Shown one piece after another: positions 50,605 to 62,949 of a stretch of 64,000 nucleotides of DNA (within the stretch, counting starts at the first letter, position 1; each line of letters opens with the position of its first letter). The position numbers were made by a program, and so were the translations under genes. This DNA comes from Glaucostegus cemiculus (Eukaryota), in contig CDPCPM010000077.1 of NCBI GenBank assembly GCA_976551045.1, positions 558,001-622,000 of the forward strand, in the 5' to 3' direction. The notes below the pieces were generated by a model. The model was not told where the DNA came from. It saw only the letters and a list, made by a program, of their open reading frames with translations, and made no database searches.

Positions 50605-51232
50605 AGGCAGAGTGGTGAAGAAGGTGTTTGGCATGGTAGCCTTCATTGGTCAACACATTGAGTGCAGGAGTTGGGACGTTGGAGTATTGTGCTCCGTTCT
50701 GGTCGGCCAACTATATGAAGGAGGTCATTAAGCTGGAAAGGCTGCAGAAAAGATTCACAAAGATGTTACCGGGACTAGAGGGCTTGAGCTATAAGCAGAG
50801 GCTGAATAGGCAGGGATTTTTTTCCCTGGAGCATAGGAAGCTGGAGAGGTGGGGGGTGGTGGGAGGGGGTAGTTGACCTTACAGAGGTATATAAAATCAT
50901 GAGTGGCATAGATAAGGTGGTTGGTCACAGTCTTTCCCAGGGTAGGGGAGTCTAAAACTAGAGGACATAGATTTAAGGTGAGAGGAGAAAGAGTTAAAAA
51001 GGACCTGAAGACAACAACTTCCTGCAGAGCGTGGTATATAAATGCAACATGCTGCCAAAGGGAGTGGGTAATAACAAAGTAAAAGTCATTTGGCCAAGTA
51101 CACAGGTAGAAAAGGCCTTGAGGGATATGGGCCAAACACAGGCAAATGGGATTAGCTTAGATAGACATCTTGGTCAGCGTGGACGAGTTTAGCCAAGGGG
51201 CCTGTATCCATGCTGTATAATTCTATGACTCA
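50605..51232 (+). mobile_element. CR1 3' fragment
   Basis: ORF 50646-50876: LEYCAPFWS...LERLQKRFTKMLPGLEGLSY; tail TTCTATGACTC. Confidence 0.85.
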
Positions 51233-52112
51233 ATGAGATACCCAAGAAGTCAACCTGGTCAGATTGTGTGGTGTGAAAAGAGCAGAGATGACGAATGCAC
51301 TTTGTCTACTGGCTTCACGTTCACACCCAGTGGCTCAGATATTGACAGTACATAACTTTGAGAATAGCATGAAGGTGTGATCTGTTATTGTTGAGTATGC
51401 ATAGGAATTCTGGAATAGACAAAAAGACATTGAAGATAGGCAGTAAGAGATGCACAGGGGAAACATGGCATGATTTCATTTGTGAATTTGATTTGGAATG
51501 TTTATTTTCTGGTGGCTTTTATTCTTGTATTGTGGCTAGTGACATGCTATGATGTTCAGAGACAAAGGAGAGATAATATGTGGAACTGTTGGTGAATGGG
51601 AATTGGGATGAGGTTACTCCTACTGCACTCGGATGGGTTATTCACAGACCACTGGGCAAAACGTGGCTGTCTCTGTAGCTTGGACTCTTTCCCATCCACT
51701 TCATCCTGCTTTTTCTTCCCCTTGATTGCTTGCAGTACAGCTGTTAGTGAGGGCTATTCCCTCATGATAGCATAAGACAAAGGAGCAGGTTGGCCATTCA
51801 GCCCATCGAGTCTGCTCCACCATTCTATCATGAGCTGATCCATTCTCACATTTAGCCCCACTCCCCCACCTTTTTACCATAACCTTTGATGCCCTGGATA
51901 CTCAGATACCTATCAATCTCTGCTTTAAATACACCCAATGACTTTGCCTCCACAAATTCCACGGATTCACCACTCTCTGGCTAAAGAAATTTCTCTGCAT
52001 CTCTGTTCTGAATGGGCGCCCTTCAATCCTGAAGTCATGCCCTCTTGTACTAGACTCCCCTACCATGGGAAACAACTTTGCCACAGCTACACTGTTGAGG
52101 CCTCTTAACATT

Positions 52113-54703
52113 AGAACCATAGAACCATAGAACAATACAGCACAAAACAGGCCCTTCGGCCCACCAAGTTGTGCCATCCTTCAAACATCTCACAATCTAA
52201 CTCTTTCCTCCCAAATATCTTACTATCCCACATTCTTCCATGTGCCTATCTAACAATCTCTTGAACCTGTCCAACGTATCTGCCTCTACTACCACCCCAG
52301 GCAGCGCATTCCATGCGCCAACCACTCTCTGGGTGAAAAACTTCCCTCTGACATCTCCCCTAAACTTTCCACCCAATATCTTAAAGCCATGCCCTCTTGT
52401 CTTGTGCATCTGCGCTCTGGGAAAGAGGCGCTAGCTGTCACTCTATCTATTCCTCTCAATATCTTATATACCTCTTTCAAGTCCCCTCTCATCCTCCTCC
52501 TCTCCAACGAGTAGAGCCCTAGCACCTTAAGCCTTTCCTCATATTCCATACCCTCTAATCCAGGCATCATCCTGGAAAATCGCCTCTGTACCCTCTCCAC
52601 ATCCTTCCTATAATGCGGCGACCAGAACTGAACACAATATTCTAAGTGCGGCCTAACTAGAGTTTTGTAAAGCAGCATCATCACCTCTCTGCTCTTGAAC
52701 TCAATCCCACGAGTTATAAAAGCTAACATCCCATAAGCCTTCTTAACTGTCCTATCCACCTGTGAGGCAACTTTGAGTGAACTGTGGATATAAACCCCCA
52801 GGTCCCTCTGCTCCTCTACACTGCCAAGTACCTTACCATTTACCTCATACTCTGCCCTGGAGTTCTTCCTCCCAAAGTGCACCACCTCACACATCTCCGG
52901 ATTAAACTCCATCTGCCACCTGTCCGCCCAGCTCTGCATCCTATCAATATCCCTCTGTAAGCTCTGACAGTCCTCCACACTATCTACCACACCGCCAATC
53001 TTGGTGTCATCCGCAAACTTACCAACCCATCCTTCCACTCCTTCATCTAAGTCATCTATAAATATAACAAAGAGTAGAGGCCCCAGAACCGATCCCTGCG
53101 GGACACCACTAGTCACAGCCCTCCAATCCGAGGGCACTCCCTCCACCACAACCCTCTGCTTTCTACAGGCAAGCCAATTCCTGATCCACACAGCCAAACT
53201 CCCCTGGATGCCTCGACCTCTGACCTTCTGAAGAAGCCTGCCATGAGGAACCTTATCGAAGGCCTTACTAAAATCCATATACACTACATCCACCGCACTG
53301 CCCTCATCAAGCTTCCTTGTCACCTCCTCAAAGAATTCTATCAGGCTCGTGAGGCAAGATCTTCCCTTCACAAAGCCATGCTGACTGTCCCTAATCAGTC
53401 CCTGACTCTCCAGGTTTTCATAGATCCTATCCCTCAGAATCCTTTCTAACAGCTTACCCACTACAGACGTGAGACTCACCGGTCTGTAATGTCCCGGACT
53501 ATCCCTACTACCTTTCTTAAACAAGGGAACAACATCCGCTACCTGCCAATCCTCCGGCACCATCCCCATGGACAACGAGGACTCAAAGATCCTCACCAGT
53601 GGATCAACAATCTCCTCCCTCGCCTCTCGAAGCAGCCTGGGGAATATTCCATCAGGCCCCGGAGACTTATCCGGCTTGATATTATTTAACAACTTCAACA
53701 CCTCCTCCCTCTCGATAGCTACACACTCAAGAACATTACCCGTACCAGCACTCTCTGTCATGTCATCCAGACCCCTGTCCTTGGTGAATACGGAAGAGAA
53801 GTATTCATTCAGTACCTCCCCTATTTCTGCTGCCTCCAGGCACATCCTCCCACCTTTATCCTTAATCGGACCTACCTTCACCCTAGCCATCCTTCTGCCC
53901 TTCACAAACGAGAAAAAAGCCTTGGGATTATCCTTAACCCTACGAGCCAACATCTTTTCATGTCCCCCTCTAGCTCTCCTCAGCTCTTTCTTAAGTTCCT
54001 TCCTCACTATACTATATTCCTCACGGGCCACGTCCGAGCCTTGCCGCTTACACCTTACGTAAGCCGCCTTCTTCCTCCTAACCAGGTGTTCCACCTCTCT
54101 CGTCACCCACAGTTCCTTCACCCTGCCATTCCTCCTCTGTCTCGCCGGGACATATTTATCCCTAACATCCTGTAAAACATCCCTGAACAACGTCCACATC
54201 TCCACAGTACACTTCCCCTCAAAAAGGACTTCCCAATTTACACTACTAAGTTCTCTCCTTATAGCCTCATATTCTGCCCTTCCCCAATTAATTATCTTCC
54301 TGTCCTCTCTGCACCTATCTCTGTCCATGACAATTCTAAAGCTTATCGAGCAATGATCACTGTCTCCCAAATGCTCACCCACCAATAGATCCCTCACCTG
54401 TCCCGGTTCATTTCCTAAAACCAGATCCAACACTGCATTCCCTCTAGTCGGCCTGTCAACATACTGCGTCAGGAATCCATCCTGGACACACTTAACAAAC
54501 TCGTTCCCATCTAAACCTTTGGCACTGAGCATGTCCCAGTCTATATTCGGGAAGTTGAAATCCCCCATTATTACAACCCTGTTATTTTTGCTTCTGTCCA
54601 AACACTGCCTGCCAATCTGCTCCTCTATATCTCTACTGCTACCGGGGGGCCTATAGTATACTCCCAGCAGCGTAGGCACACTTTTCCTGTTCCTCACTTC
54701 CAC
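52113..54703 (-). mobile_element. Young 5'-truncated CR1 LINE, 2.6 kb
   Basis: Long ORF2, 3' UTR and (AGAACCAT)n tail; many CpGs retained. Confidence 0.97.
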
Positions 54704-54706
54704 CAT
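52289..54706 (-). CDS. CR1 ORF2: partial APE endonuclease plus reverse transcriptase, with C-terminal frameshift
   Basis: EN motifs GVYYRPP, GDFNFP, LDLVL, SDH; RT motifs YRPVSLTS, QHGF, DFSKAFDKV, GVPQGSVLGP, FADD; the true C-terminus is in frame 52197-52409; the ATG probably arises from the insertion junction. Confidence 0.9.
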   Translation of the reverse strand: MVEVRNRKSVPTLLGVYYRPPGSSRDIEEQIGRQCLDRSKNNRVVIMGDFNFPNIDWDMLSAKGLDGNEFVKCVQDGFLTQYVDRPTRGNAVLDLVLGNEPGQVRDLLVGEHLGDSDHCSISFRIVMDRDRCREDRKIINWGRAEYEAIRRELSSVNWEVLFEGKCTVEMWTLFRDVLQDVRDKYVPARQRRNGRVKELWVTREVEHLVRRKKAAYVRCKRQGSDVAREEYSIVRKELKKELRRARGGHEKMLARRVKDNPKAFFSFVKGRRMARVKVGPIKDKGGRMCLEAAEIGEVLNEYFSSVFTKDRGLDDMTESAGTGNVLECVAIEREEVLKLLNNIKPDKSPGPDGIFPRLLREAREEIVDPLVRIFESSLSMGMVPEDWQVADVVPLFKKGSRDSPGHYRPVSLTSVVGKLLERILRDRIYENLESQGLIRDSQHGFVKGRSCLTSLIEFFEEVTRKLDEGSAVDVVYMDFSKAFDKVPHGRLLQKVRGRGIQGSLAVWIRNWLACRKQRVVVEGVPSDWRAVTSGVPQGSVLGPLLFVIFIDDLDEGVEGWVGKFADDTKIGGVVDSVEDCQSLQRDIDRMQSWADRWQMEFNPEMCEVVHFGRKNSRAEYEVNGKVLGSVEEQRDLGVYIHSSLKVASQVDRTVKKAYGMLAFITRGIEFKSREVMMLLYKTLVRPHLEYCVQFWSPHYRKDVERVQRRFSRMMPGLEGMEYEERLKVLGLYSLERRRMRGDLKEVYKILRGIDRVTASASFPERRCTRQEGMALRYWVESLGEMSEGSFSPREWLAHGMRCLGW

Positions 54707-55671
54707 TCAAGATGTTTCTAAGAGGTCCCCCCTCATTCTTCAGAACTCCAAGGAGAACAGTCCAAGAGCCGTCAAACATTCCTCATATGTTAACACTCTC
54801 ATTTCTGGAATTATTCTAGTGAATCTTCTCTGAACCCTCTCCAATGTCAGCACATCCTTTCTTAAATAAGGAGCCCAATATAGTATTGGGATACTGTATA
54901 ATTTGCAGCAAACTTCGACAATCTTAACCAGCATGCATCTAAGTATGATTGAGGCAGCAGAAGCATTGTTTTAGCATGCAAATAGCCTGCTCTATCAGAT
55001 TGTCTGAATGACTTTTATTGTACCTACACTGCATATACGTTTGTGTATTATGCCCTAGAGTCATCAGGCATGCCATGTGCATGTAGCTCTTGTGATCCAG
55101 CAGGCAATCTTTTATTTTCAATAGCAACAAACAATCGACTAGAGGAACACTGCGGGTCGAGCAACATCTGTGAGCCTTTTCCAAGGGCCATTTGGCACAT
55201 TACAGACCCAGGGAATCAAGGGGAGTGGGTGTATTACAGTCTGAAGAAGCACATCTAAAATTCAGTGATGTCCTGGTCTACTGGCTGCAGACCATGAAAT
55301 CCATGGCTTCCATCAGGGGAGTACTGGACAGCGCAAGAGGAATGAAATCCTGGGATAACACTCAGGCAATAAGGGATTGAAAGATTTTCTTGTTCATACA
55401 TGCTTCCTTAAGTTATAGACCCTAACAAAGATGCAGTTGTTAGCAAATATGTGGTGAGGAGAGGAACCGAGAAATGAAGTCTGGTTATGTAACGTTTCAG
55501 TTGTGAGGATTGTAGCAAATAATGCATAAAAAAATAAGTAGATTCAGTTATCTGCAAATCAAAAAATACTTTAGGTGCTGCAAGAAACTATTGATGTCAA
55601 TTTCAAAATCAAACTTTGAAAAAGCAGTGCAAAAAATTTAAATAGTAAAAATTGTAATAGTGTATAACACT

Positions 55672-55890
55672 GGAGGTGGTCGGACTGTCGGACTGCGGGG
55701 CCGGAGGTGGTCGGACTGTGGGGCCGGAGGCGAAGGAGCTGGAGGTCGTCGGACTGCGGGGCCGGAGGTGGTCGGACTGTCGGACTGCGGGGCCGGAGGT
55801 GGTCGGACTGTCAGACTGCGGGCCGGAGGTTGTTGATGGACTGTGGGCCCTGAGGTTGTAGGACTGCAGGGGTTGGAGGTGGTCGTCGGT
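55672..55890 (+). repeat. GC/CpG-rich minisatellite (GGAGGTGGTCGGACTG[TCGGACTG]CGGGGCC, mostly 23-31 bp units)
   Basis: About 8 variant units visible directly. Confidence 0.9.
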
Positions 55891-55899
55891 GCGGGGTGA

Positions 55900-56045
55900 G
55901 GCTGGGGGCTGTTAATGTTTTGATGTTTTTGTACCGTTGTCCTTTATTGTCTTTAATGTCTTTTGCACATTGGCCTGTGGAGAAACGATATCTCGCCTTC
56001 ATGTATACATGAAAGTGACAATAAATTGATTCTGATTTGATTCTA
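55900..56045 (+). mobile_element. LINE-type 3' end (Rex1/Babar-like by inference)
   Basis: TTCATGTATACATGAA palindrome, GTGACAATAAA, then GATTCT-type repeats; similar short tails at ~6545-6595, ~19856-19882 and ~61515-61605. Confidence 0.5.
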
Positions 56046-59000
56046 AAGTTTTAAAAGGTGGGAAAACATCCAGTGGTTCAAATATGGAAAAATCAAGATG
56101 TTTATTGTGTGAACCTTCCAAAGATTTGGAACATTTTTCTTTTGTTTGTTGAATGGGGGACTCTACACACTGAGCCATGGGCATTTACTGCAAAGGTGTG
56201 GTTTTGTTAGTATGCCACCAATTAACCTTAAAATTTTTGTCTGCTATATAAAATGATATTGACATCAGTGTTAATGTATGTTATTTTTTGCTTTTCTTTA
56301 TTATTTGTACCTGATAAAGTGTGTTCACTAATGTCTGTTTACCAAAATCTGCAATGTCAGTTATTGTGGTGACTCCACCCTTATTATAGTCACTTCTTAT
56401 TTAACTGTAGTTCATTTACCTGGGACCGCGGACCCACCCTTGCTCTGCTCTTGAATTTTGTTACAAAGCAGCCTTTTCAGATCATTGAGCCAGGTGTGCA
56501 CTCTTTAAAATGCAGCATGCTTTGCATTCCTGTGCATTTTAATCATTAGCTGAACCTCAGATCCTTCAAGATTTTGGACCCAGCTATGGTGTAGATCCCC
56601 ATGCATTGCCAAGCTGTTGAATGTAGGCATATGGCTCCATGGGGCAGGTGGGGGTAGGGGTTGGTTGGTATGGAGAGGGCGGACCTTTCTCCCATGGTGA
56701 TCTGATTCAGAGTTATTGGAGAGTTCCCTGATTTTGCTGACTTGTAATTTTTTAGTAAAGCAAAATAATTTTGATGCTTAGATTACACCAGTTTTTTTTT
56801 TGCTGTGAGCACAAAATGCCCTTTCATTATTTTATGAGGTATCTCCATGTGTCCACATTTTCCTGGTATGGTGTGCAAGTTATTTATGGTTGCATATGTT
56901 TCACGTGATCCATTACATGTAGAGAGTAATGTAAGCAGCATTAAGATAGGAAAATATCCAAAGGTACTTACTTTCCAGAAGCAAAATAAGACAACAGGAT
57001 TGAGACTGACGAAGAGTTGTTACCTAAAAGCTTGGACACATTTTTAACTTTCTTAATAAACTGAAGAATTAGTGAGTCTGAAAATTTAAAAGAAGTCACT
57101 GCAAATGCTAGAATCTAATGGCGGAGCAAAAAGAGGGTTGAAATTGAACTGGCATTCAAAGAATATTAGGTGGCATTCAGAGCAAATTAGACAAAATATA
57201 ATTAGACAACTTAACCATGAAAACGTAGAACATTGAACGGTACATAGATGATATCTTCTAGATAGAATGTTCAGAACTTTAAAGCCTATAAACTCTTTGG
57301 CACCAATACAGGTGCATCAATTCATTGAACTGCAGCCCCAGAGCTTGAATGTTCAGTAACACCTGAGGCCCAACACCTTGTGATACTGCAGCAACCTTTT
57401 CTTTTTCCCTTCCTTTGTCATACCAGTGCACAGTGCATAAAAGAAAACAGCTAAGTTCAAGGCTTGGGCTGTTCAGAGGGTTTGAGACACAGAGGGTCCA
57501 GGGATGGAAGGGAAGCTAAACTTTGGAGGCAAGTTGAAGAGAGGGCCCAACTTGTGGGAGTGAGGAGGGGTGAGGCGTGGGGTGATTGATTAGGGCTTGT
57601 GATGTTGAGTCAGGATGGTCGATGGCTGATCAGTGACTTGCATCAGATTGGTGGGTAGATGGGGATTTGGTAACATGGTTGAGGAGGGTGAGTTGGGTGA
57701 AGGACAATGAAGGAGGGGAGATAAATTGGGCAAACAATCTGTATTAAAATCCTAGTACTATTTTGACTGAGAACAATTATATTTTAGAATTATGTTGACT
57801 AGTTTCTTGTGACAAAAAAAACCCAACTTTTTATTCATGCAACACTGATAATAGCAGTACCGTGCTAATGAATTAATAGGGCTATCTGTTTTTAATTAGA
57901 AACAAAAATTGTCTTAAATATAATCGATCTTACTGGTCTTCTGTCACTTTAACTATCTGCATGTACAAAAGTTGCTTATAAGAATGAACAATAGATATAC
58001 TGGATGAAACCTTTTACTTTAAGATAAATACAGCAATGTTATCTTTTGCAAAGCAAATGGCACAATTTGCCTGTATTGAAGACTGGGGATAGGGTGGAGA
58101 ATTTCAGGCTAAGGTTGTTATTTACCCAAGGGCAGGAGGTGGTGAGAGGGGAAATGGGGTAGGCACAAGGATGAGAACAATGATAAGCCAACAGGTGTAT
58201 AATATTTGCTTTTCTGACTAAAACCAGCCTTCAAAAATGCTTAGATAAGAATAAACAATTGTGATCATTATGCTTTGTCTAAAAGATATTATTATGTTAT
58301 TATGAAGGTAATTGTAACTTGTATCCATTTTCAGACACAATGTTGATTTTGTTTCTAAGGACAGAAATAAGGAAACCTCTGGGAATGAAAGAAATAATGG
58401 AGCAGGCACTGAATAGCTTGTCTTAGTGATTCTAGTCTTTTTACTGAGCTAGAAAGTTATGGGTTTTGTCTCCACTCTGGGAATTGAGCTCATAGACTAT
58501 GTATTAGTACTGTATTATATACTATAATGGGAAGAAGATGTAAATATATGAGGTAAACAAGTGATGGATGAGTAGTTAGTGAGAATTTCATTAAAGAAAG
58601 GAGACATTGACAATTGACATTGACATTGAAAGGAGACAAGGTCTGTTTTCTTTTTCTTTACATTTCGTTCTTCCCAAAAAGATGATATTTTGATTTATTT
58701 GGAGTGCCTCATCATAACCTCTTACTAATTGTTAAACTGCTTCAGCCTGTGAGGAGCATGCAATAGGTTCACCAATCAGGCCATGGTTAAAATGCCATCT
58801 GAGTTCTTTTCATACCACAGGAGTCCAATTAGCTCCTATGCATGAGGTTCTGAGCTTTGCTAACAAATCCAGTAGCACAAAAACCAGAACCTGATGTGCA
58901 TAGACCAAGAAATGGAGCTCATCAGATTTAATTCTATAGTTCGGTGCAGTGCAAAAGGAGTGTTGCATTTACAAAGGAACTGCCAACTTGTAATGATGCC

Positions 59001-59699
59001 TTAAATCAGATTCTATTTACAATTTTGAACTTAGAAGATCCAGTGCTAAGCACACTTTGTAGTTGCAACAGAATTTGCATTCTACCTCCAAGATTAATTT
59101 CATTGGTTGTCAAAAGGATTGAATTTCTGAGGCAGGGTGCAACAAACTTACATATCTTAATTGCACATGTAGTACTATTGACCAAGGTTGAATTTCTAGT
59201 GATTGATGTTGATATATATAAGGACAAGAGATTTTTCCCAATAACCCGGACAACATACTTTCTCAGTCAACAATCTTTGAGAGATTTTTCCATATACAAA
59301 GTGACTACTTTTCAAATATGCAATCGATCTCCTGTGAAGTACTAGGGAAATATGTCAAATTCTATATGTCTTCTTTCTTTTGAATAAAGACGTCAGCTTT
59401 TAAAGAAAACTGAAAAACTGACCCTAATAGTGTTAGAAAGGTAAACGCTGGAAGAAGTCAGCCAGCCAATTAGCATTTGCAGAAAGTGAAACTAGTGAAC
59501 GTTTCAGGTTGAAGACCCTTCCTCATCTTTGCCCCAAGTCCTCGAAACATCTGCAAATGGTAACTTTTTATGTCAGGCGGTTTTCAGCAATCCAAGTACA
59601 AAGAAATGCTTTCGATGCTGCAAGTGACTAATAACTATTTCAGAGGGTTAATTTGTATCATTGTCTTTGGACTAACCACTACTTTGTCGTGGTGGATCT

Positions 59700-60460
59700 G
59701 GGGACGCTCTCTGCGCGGCCCTGAGGAAGCGTGTGTCAATCAAGCAGCCCCGGCGCTGAGGGGCGGAAGTGGAGCGGAAGTGGGAGGGAGGCGGCTGGGC
59801 TGCGTCAGCGTGAGCGGGGCCGAGGGCTGGAGCGGGCAGCCGAGAGAGAGAGAGAAAGAAAAAAAATAAAACATTTAAACCCCAGCAAGAAAAGTAAAAG
59901 TAAAACTCCAAGCAAAACCCGGGCGCAGACCAGAGCCGGCGGCTTTTTACCCAGCCAGGTAGGAGGCAGCGCAGCCGCCCGGCCTGTTTACTTGATGCGT
60001 GAGCTTTCGCGGCCGTTTTTTTAAGTCAGGTTCCCCCCCTCCCCACCCCTTAAATATCTTCAATTTTCTTTTTTTTGGGGGGGGGGGAAAGTGAGGTAAA
60101 AATTTACCCGGGTGACAGTGAGAAGCTGAGGGAAGCCCGAGTCCGTTAGCAGCACGCTGGCCGCACGCTTCGAGTTTCAGTTTTGCACTCGGTGGCTCTC
60201 CTTATTTTTTAAAAAAAATTCGGACTAATTGTGGATCAAACTCCCCTTCCTGCCCGGAGTCCGGTTTTGTTTCTTGTTTCTGGTGGAGTTGACGACTTTT
60301 TGTGTTTGGGAAGGGTGGGGGTGGGGGTTGAAAGTTCTGCTGTGCGGGGAGGTTGAGCTGTGTGTTTTCCTCCTCTGACTTGCTTTCCTCTGGCGGGCGG
60401 GCGGGCGGCCGGGGCTGTGCGGAGCCTCCGGTCGGCCCTGGTGTCCCGGCTCCCGGCCCC
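59700..60460 (+). promoter_or_regulatory. CpG-island promoter with GC box, tandem ETS/GABP sites and CRE-like site
   Basis: Abrupt CpG enrichment in non-repeat DNA; GGGGCGG 59760-59766; CGGAAGTG at 59764 and 59775; TGCGTCA 59801-59807. Confidence 0.85.
59800..59958 (+). other. Probable non-coding first exon of an unidentified gene
   Basis: Downstream of the ETS sites, contains no ATG, ends at donor CAG|GTAGGA (59958/59959); start approximate. Confidence 0.55.
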
Positions 60461-60499
60461 AGTGGGCTGGGTTGGGTGGTGAGGTTGGTTAAAACTTGA

Positions 60500-61300
60500 C
60501 TGGAGGGAGGTGGGTGGAGTTGGAAGGGGAGGGAAGCGGGGTTGTAAAGGGAGGGGGGGTGGGGTGGAGGAGGTCTGGGTGGAGAGAAGGGATGGAGGGG
60601 TTCGAGGAGGAGGAGGAGGAGGAGGGATGGAGGGGAAGGGAGTGTGGGGATTGGGGAGGGAGAGGGATGTTGGGGTGGGATGGGGATGGAAAAGGAAGGC
60701 TGATGGAGGGAAAGGGCTGGAGGGAATGATTGAGGGGAGGAGGAGGGGGTTGGAAAGGGTGGGATGGAGGAGGTTGGGGAGAGGAGGGTTGGAGGGAGTC
60801 ACATGTTGCAGGGAATAATTGAGGGGGTCAGGAGGAGAAGGGGATGGAGGAGAGGTTGGAGATATAGGGGACAGGGAAAGAGGAGGGGGTTGGAGGGGAT
60901 GGGGATATAGAATGATTGAGGGGGTGAGGAGGGGATGGAGGAGAAGGGTTGGAGGGATGGGGATATAAGGGGTGAGGGGGATAGAGGAGGAGAGGGCCTG
61001 GATGAGGTAGGGTGGAGGGAGGGACAAACGGTGAGGCGGCATGCTGGATGTGGAGGGTGAGGCAGGGGATGAGGGGAGGGATGGGGAGGAGGAGCAGGGA
61101 GTGTAGAGGCAGATTGGTGAGGTGGAGCTGGACGGGAGCAGATCAGGAAAGAGGTGGAACATGGGGTGGATGGGTGTGGCGGAGGGTGCAAGGCGAAGCA
61201 GGCTTTGTGAGGGTGATAGGCGCAAGATGGAGCAGTGGGCTAGAGGGGAACAAGATGGAGTGTGCTGGGTTGTGGAATGGGGCAAGAGGAAAGATGATTT
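60500..61300 (+). repeat. G/A-rich low-complexity tract
   Basis: Dense GG/GGG runs with strong strand skew; explains the spurious Pro-rich and Gly-rich ORFs. Confidence 0.9.
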
Positions 61301-62949
61301 GCGTTGTGGAGAATTTGAAAAGGATCAGGTGATTGAGGAGGCGGTGCTGCTGATTTGTAAAATGGGGAAGGTTGACATGAGTTGATCTTGGGCTTTTGGG
61401 GCCCACTTTTGCTTTCCTGGTGTTTCCTGAAAACATGCTTGAGAATGAGTTGGAGAAGTAACGAAGGATTGGGTTAAAGGGAGTCTTGTCTTTTAATGAA
61501 GGGAATGGGATGGTAATGTTTATGTTGTTATGTCCTGCACTGTACTGCTGCCTCAAAACAACACATTTCACGACATACGTCAGTGATGATGAACCTGATT
61601 CTGATTTGGGGCTAACAGACTGTCTTTACTGCTGTAGAGAAGCTATAGAGCTTTGGATATTTTTTAAATTATAATTTAGTGTCCAAGTGGTGTGCAAAAA
61701 TTGGATATGCAGTTTTATCTTGTAACATATTGTGCAATTGTCCATTAAGTGTGTTAATGATTGGTTGTTAAGTCATTGTAGCTAGGTTTTGGTATGTGAT
61801 TTATAGTGGTATGTGTTACTTTTGTAAACAAGGATTTGCATTCATCACTAAAGTATTTGTCTTTGGAAAGTAATGATTTTAATCACTGAAATTAGGGAAA
61901 TTATTCAGGGTAAACATTTTCATATTGTTTAAAAATCAAGATTTGTAGGAATACTGAATTGATTACTATGTTGTCTTTTAAAGAAATCATTTCACTACTT
62001 AACCAAAATTGTGTGAATACAGAGATACATGCACATCATGTGATACGTGATGGCTTTGTGTAAGGAGCTCATTCAATGGTGTCCTCATTACTCGCCCATA
62101 AACTTTTGGAGGAAGTGTATTCCTCAATTAAAATTACGTAGACTCTGCATCATAGAAAGCAACTTCTTTGTCTCTCGGGTCTACTACTACCAATATACAC
62201 AAGCCCCACTCTTGCTGTCATCTCTTCCCACTGTACATCTGTTACGCTTCCCTTTAAATGTGTCAGGACTGCCTCTGCACCCTTTTTATGTGGCATGGTG
62301 TTCTAAGTTTTCATTCCTGTGTGAAGAAATTCCTCATTTCTTTATTTGATATTTCACAAAAGCATTTCTCAGTTTGTACACAAGTTAAGAATAATTCCCT
62401 CCATCTGTTCTTTTGAAATTAATATTTTTAAAGATCCCTCTGAGTCTGGATTTCAGGATTTTTGACCTGAAATGTTGATTATCCCTTTTCCTCCACAGAT
62501 GCTGCTTGACCTGCTGAGTTCCTCCAGCAGTTTTTGTGCTCCAGATTCCGGCACCTGCAGTATCTCATGTGTCTTCTATTAGATTTTGCTGATGAAGAAT
62601 CCAGGCTGCTGGATCTTTTTGTTTGGTTGCTGCATCCCCTTGCTTCTGGCATTATAGAACATAGAAAAACTACAGCACAATTCCGGCCCTTCGGCCCACA
62701 AAGCTGTGCCGAACATGTTCCTACACTAGAAATTACTGAGCATTCCCGTAGCCCTCTATTTTACTTATCTCCATTAATTATCCATATAATTTGAGTGGTT
62801 CATTAGGTACATTGAAGAGCTTGAAAGCCAGTGTTTCGCATATTGCTCTCCTGATCTGTGTTTCCTAAAAGAAAACGAAGGTGACATTCTAAGAGACTCA
62901 TCGTGGGAAAGATTTTGATTAGTGACTGTCTAAAGATCAATGTGAACCT

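Larger units (their letters stand above)
51770..54880 (-). mobile_element. Host CR1 fragment (51770-52112 and 54704-54880) split by the younger CR1
   Basis: ORFs 54740-54934 (WAPYLRKDVLTLERVQRRFTR) and 51902-52177 (RNFFSQRVVN) are collinear parts of one ORF2; CATT duplicated at 52109-52112 and 54704-54707. Confidence 0.85.

Noticed and set aside
53001-54175. Plus-strand ORFs (e.g. 164 aa at 53568-54062), and likewise those at 18561, 26970, 45096, 48555 and 52240
   Set aside because: Antisense frames of CR1 ORF2
54704-54706. ATG as the start of a complete 805-aa RT gene
   Set aside because: It overlaps the CATT junction duplication; the endonuclease N-terminus, ORF1 and 5' UTR are missing, so this is a truncated LINE, not an autonomous or domesticated gene
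55672-55890. CRISPR-like array
   Set aside because: Tandem variant units without unique spacers, eukaryotic context, no cas genes
58944-59345. 133-aa ORF upstream of the promoter
   Set aside because: GTG start, no recognisable motif or coding-like composition
60236-61285. 349-aa Pro/Ser-rich ORF and overlapping Gly-rich ORFs
   Set aside because: By-product of the G/A low-complexity tract, which lacks stop codons; no domain
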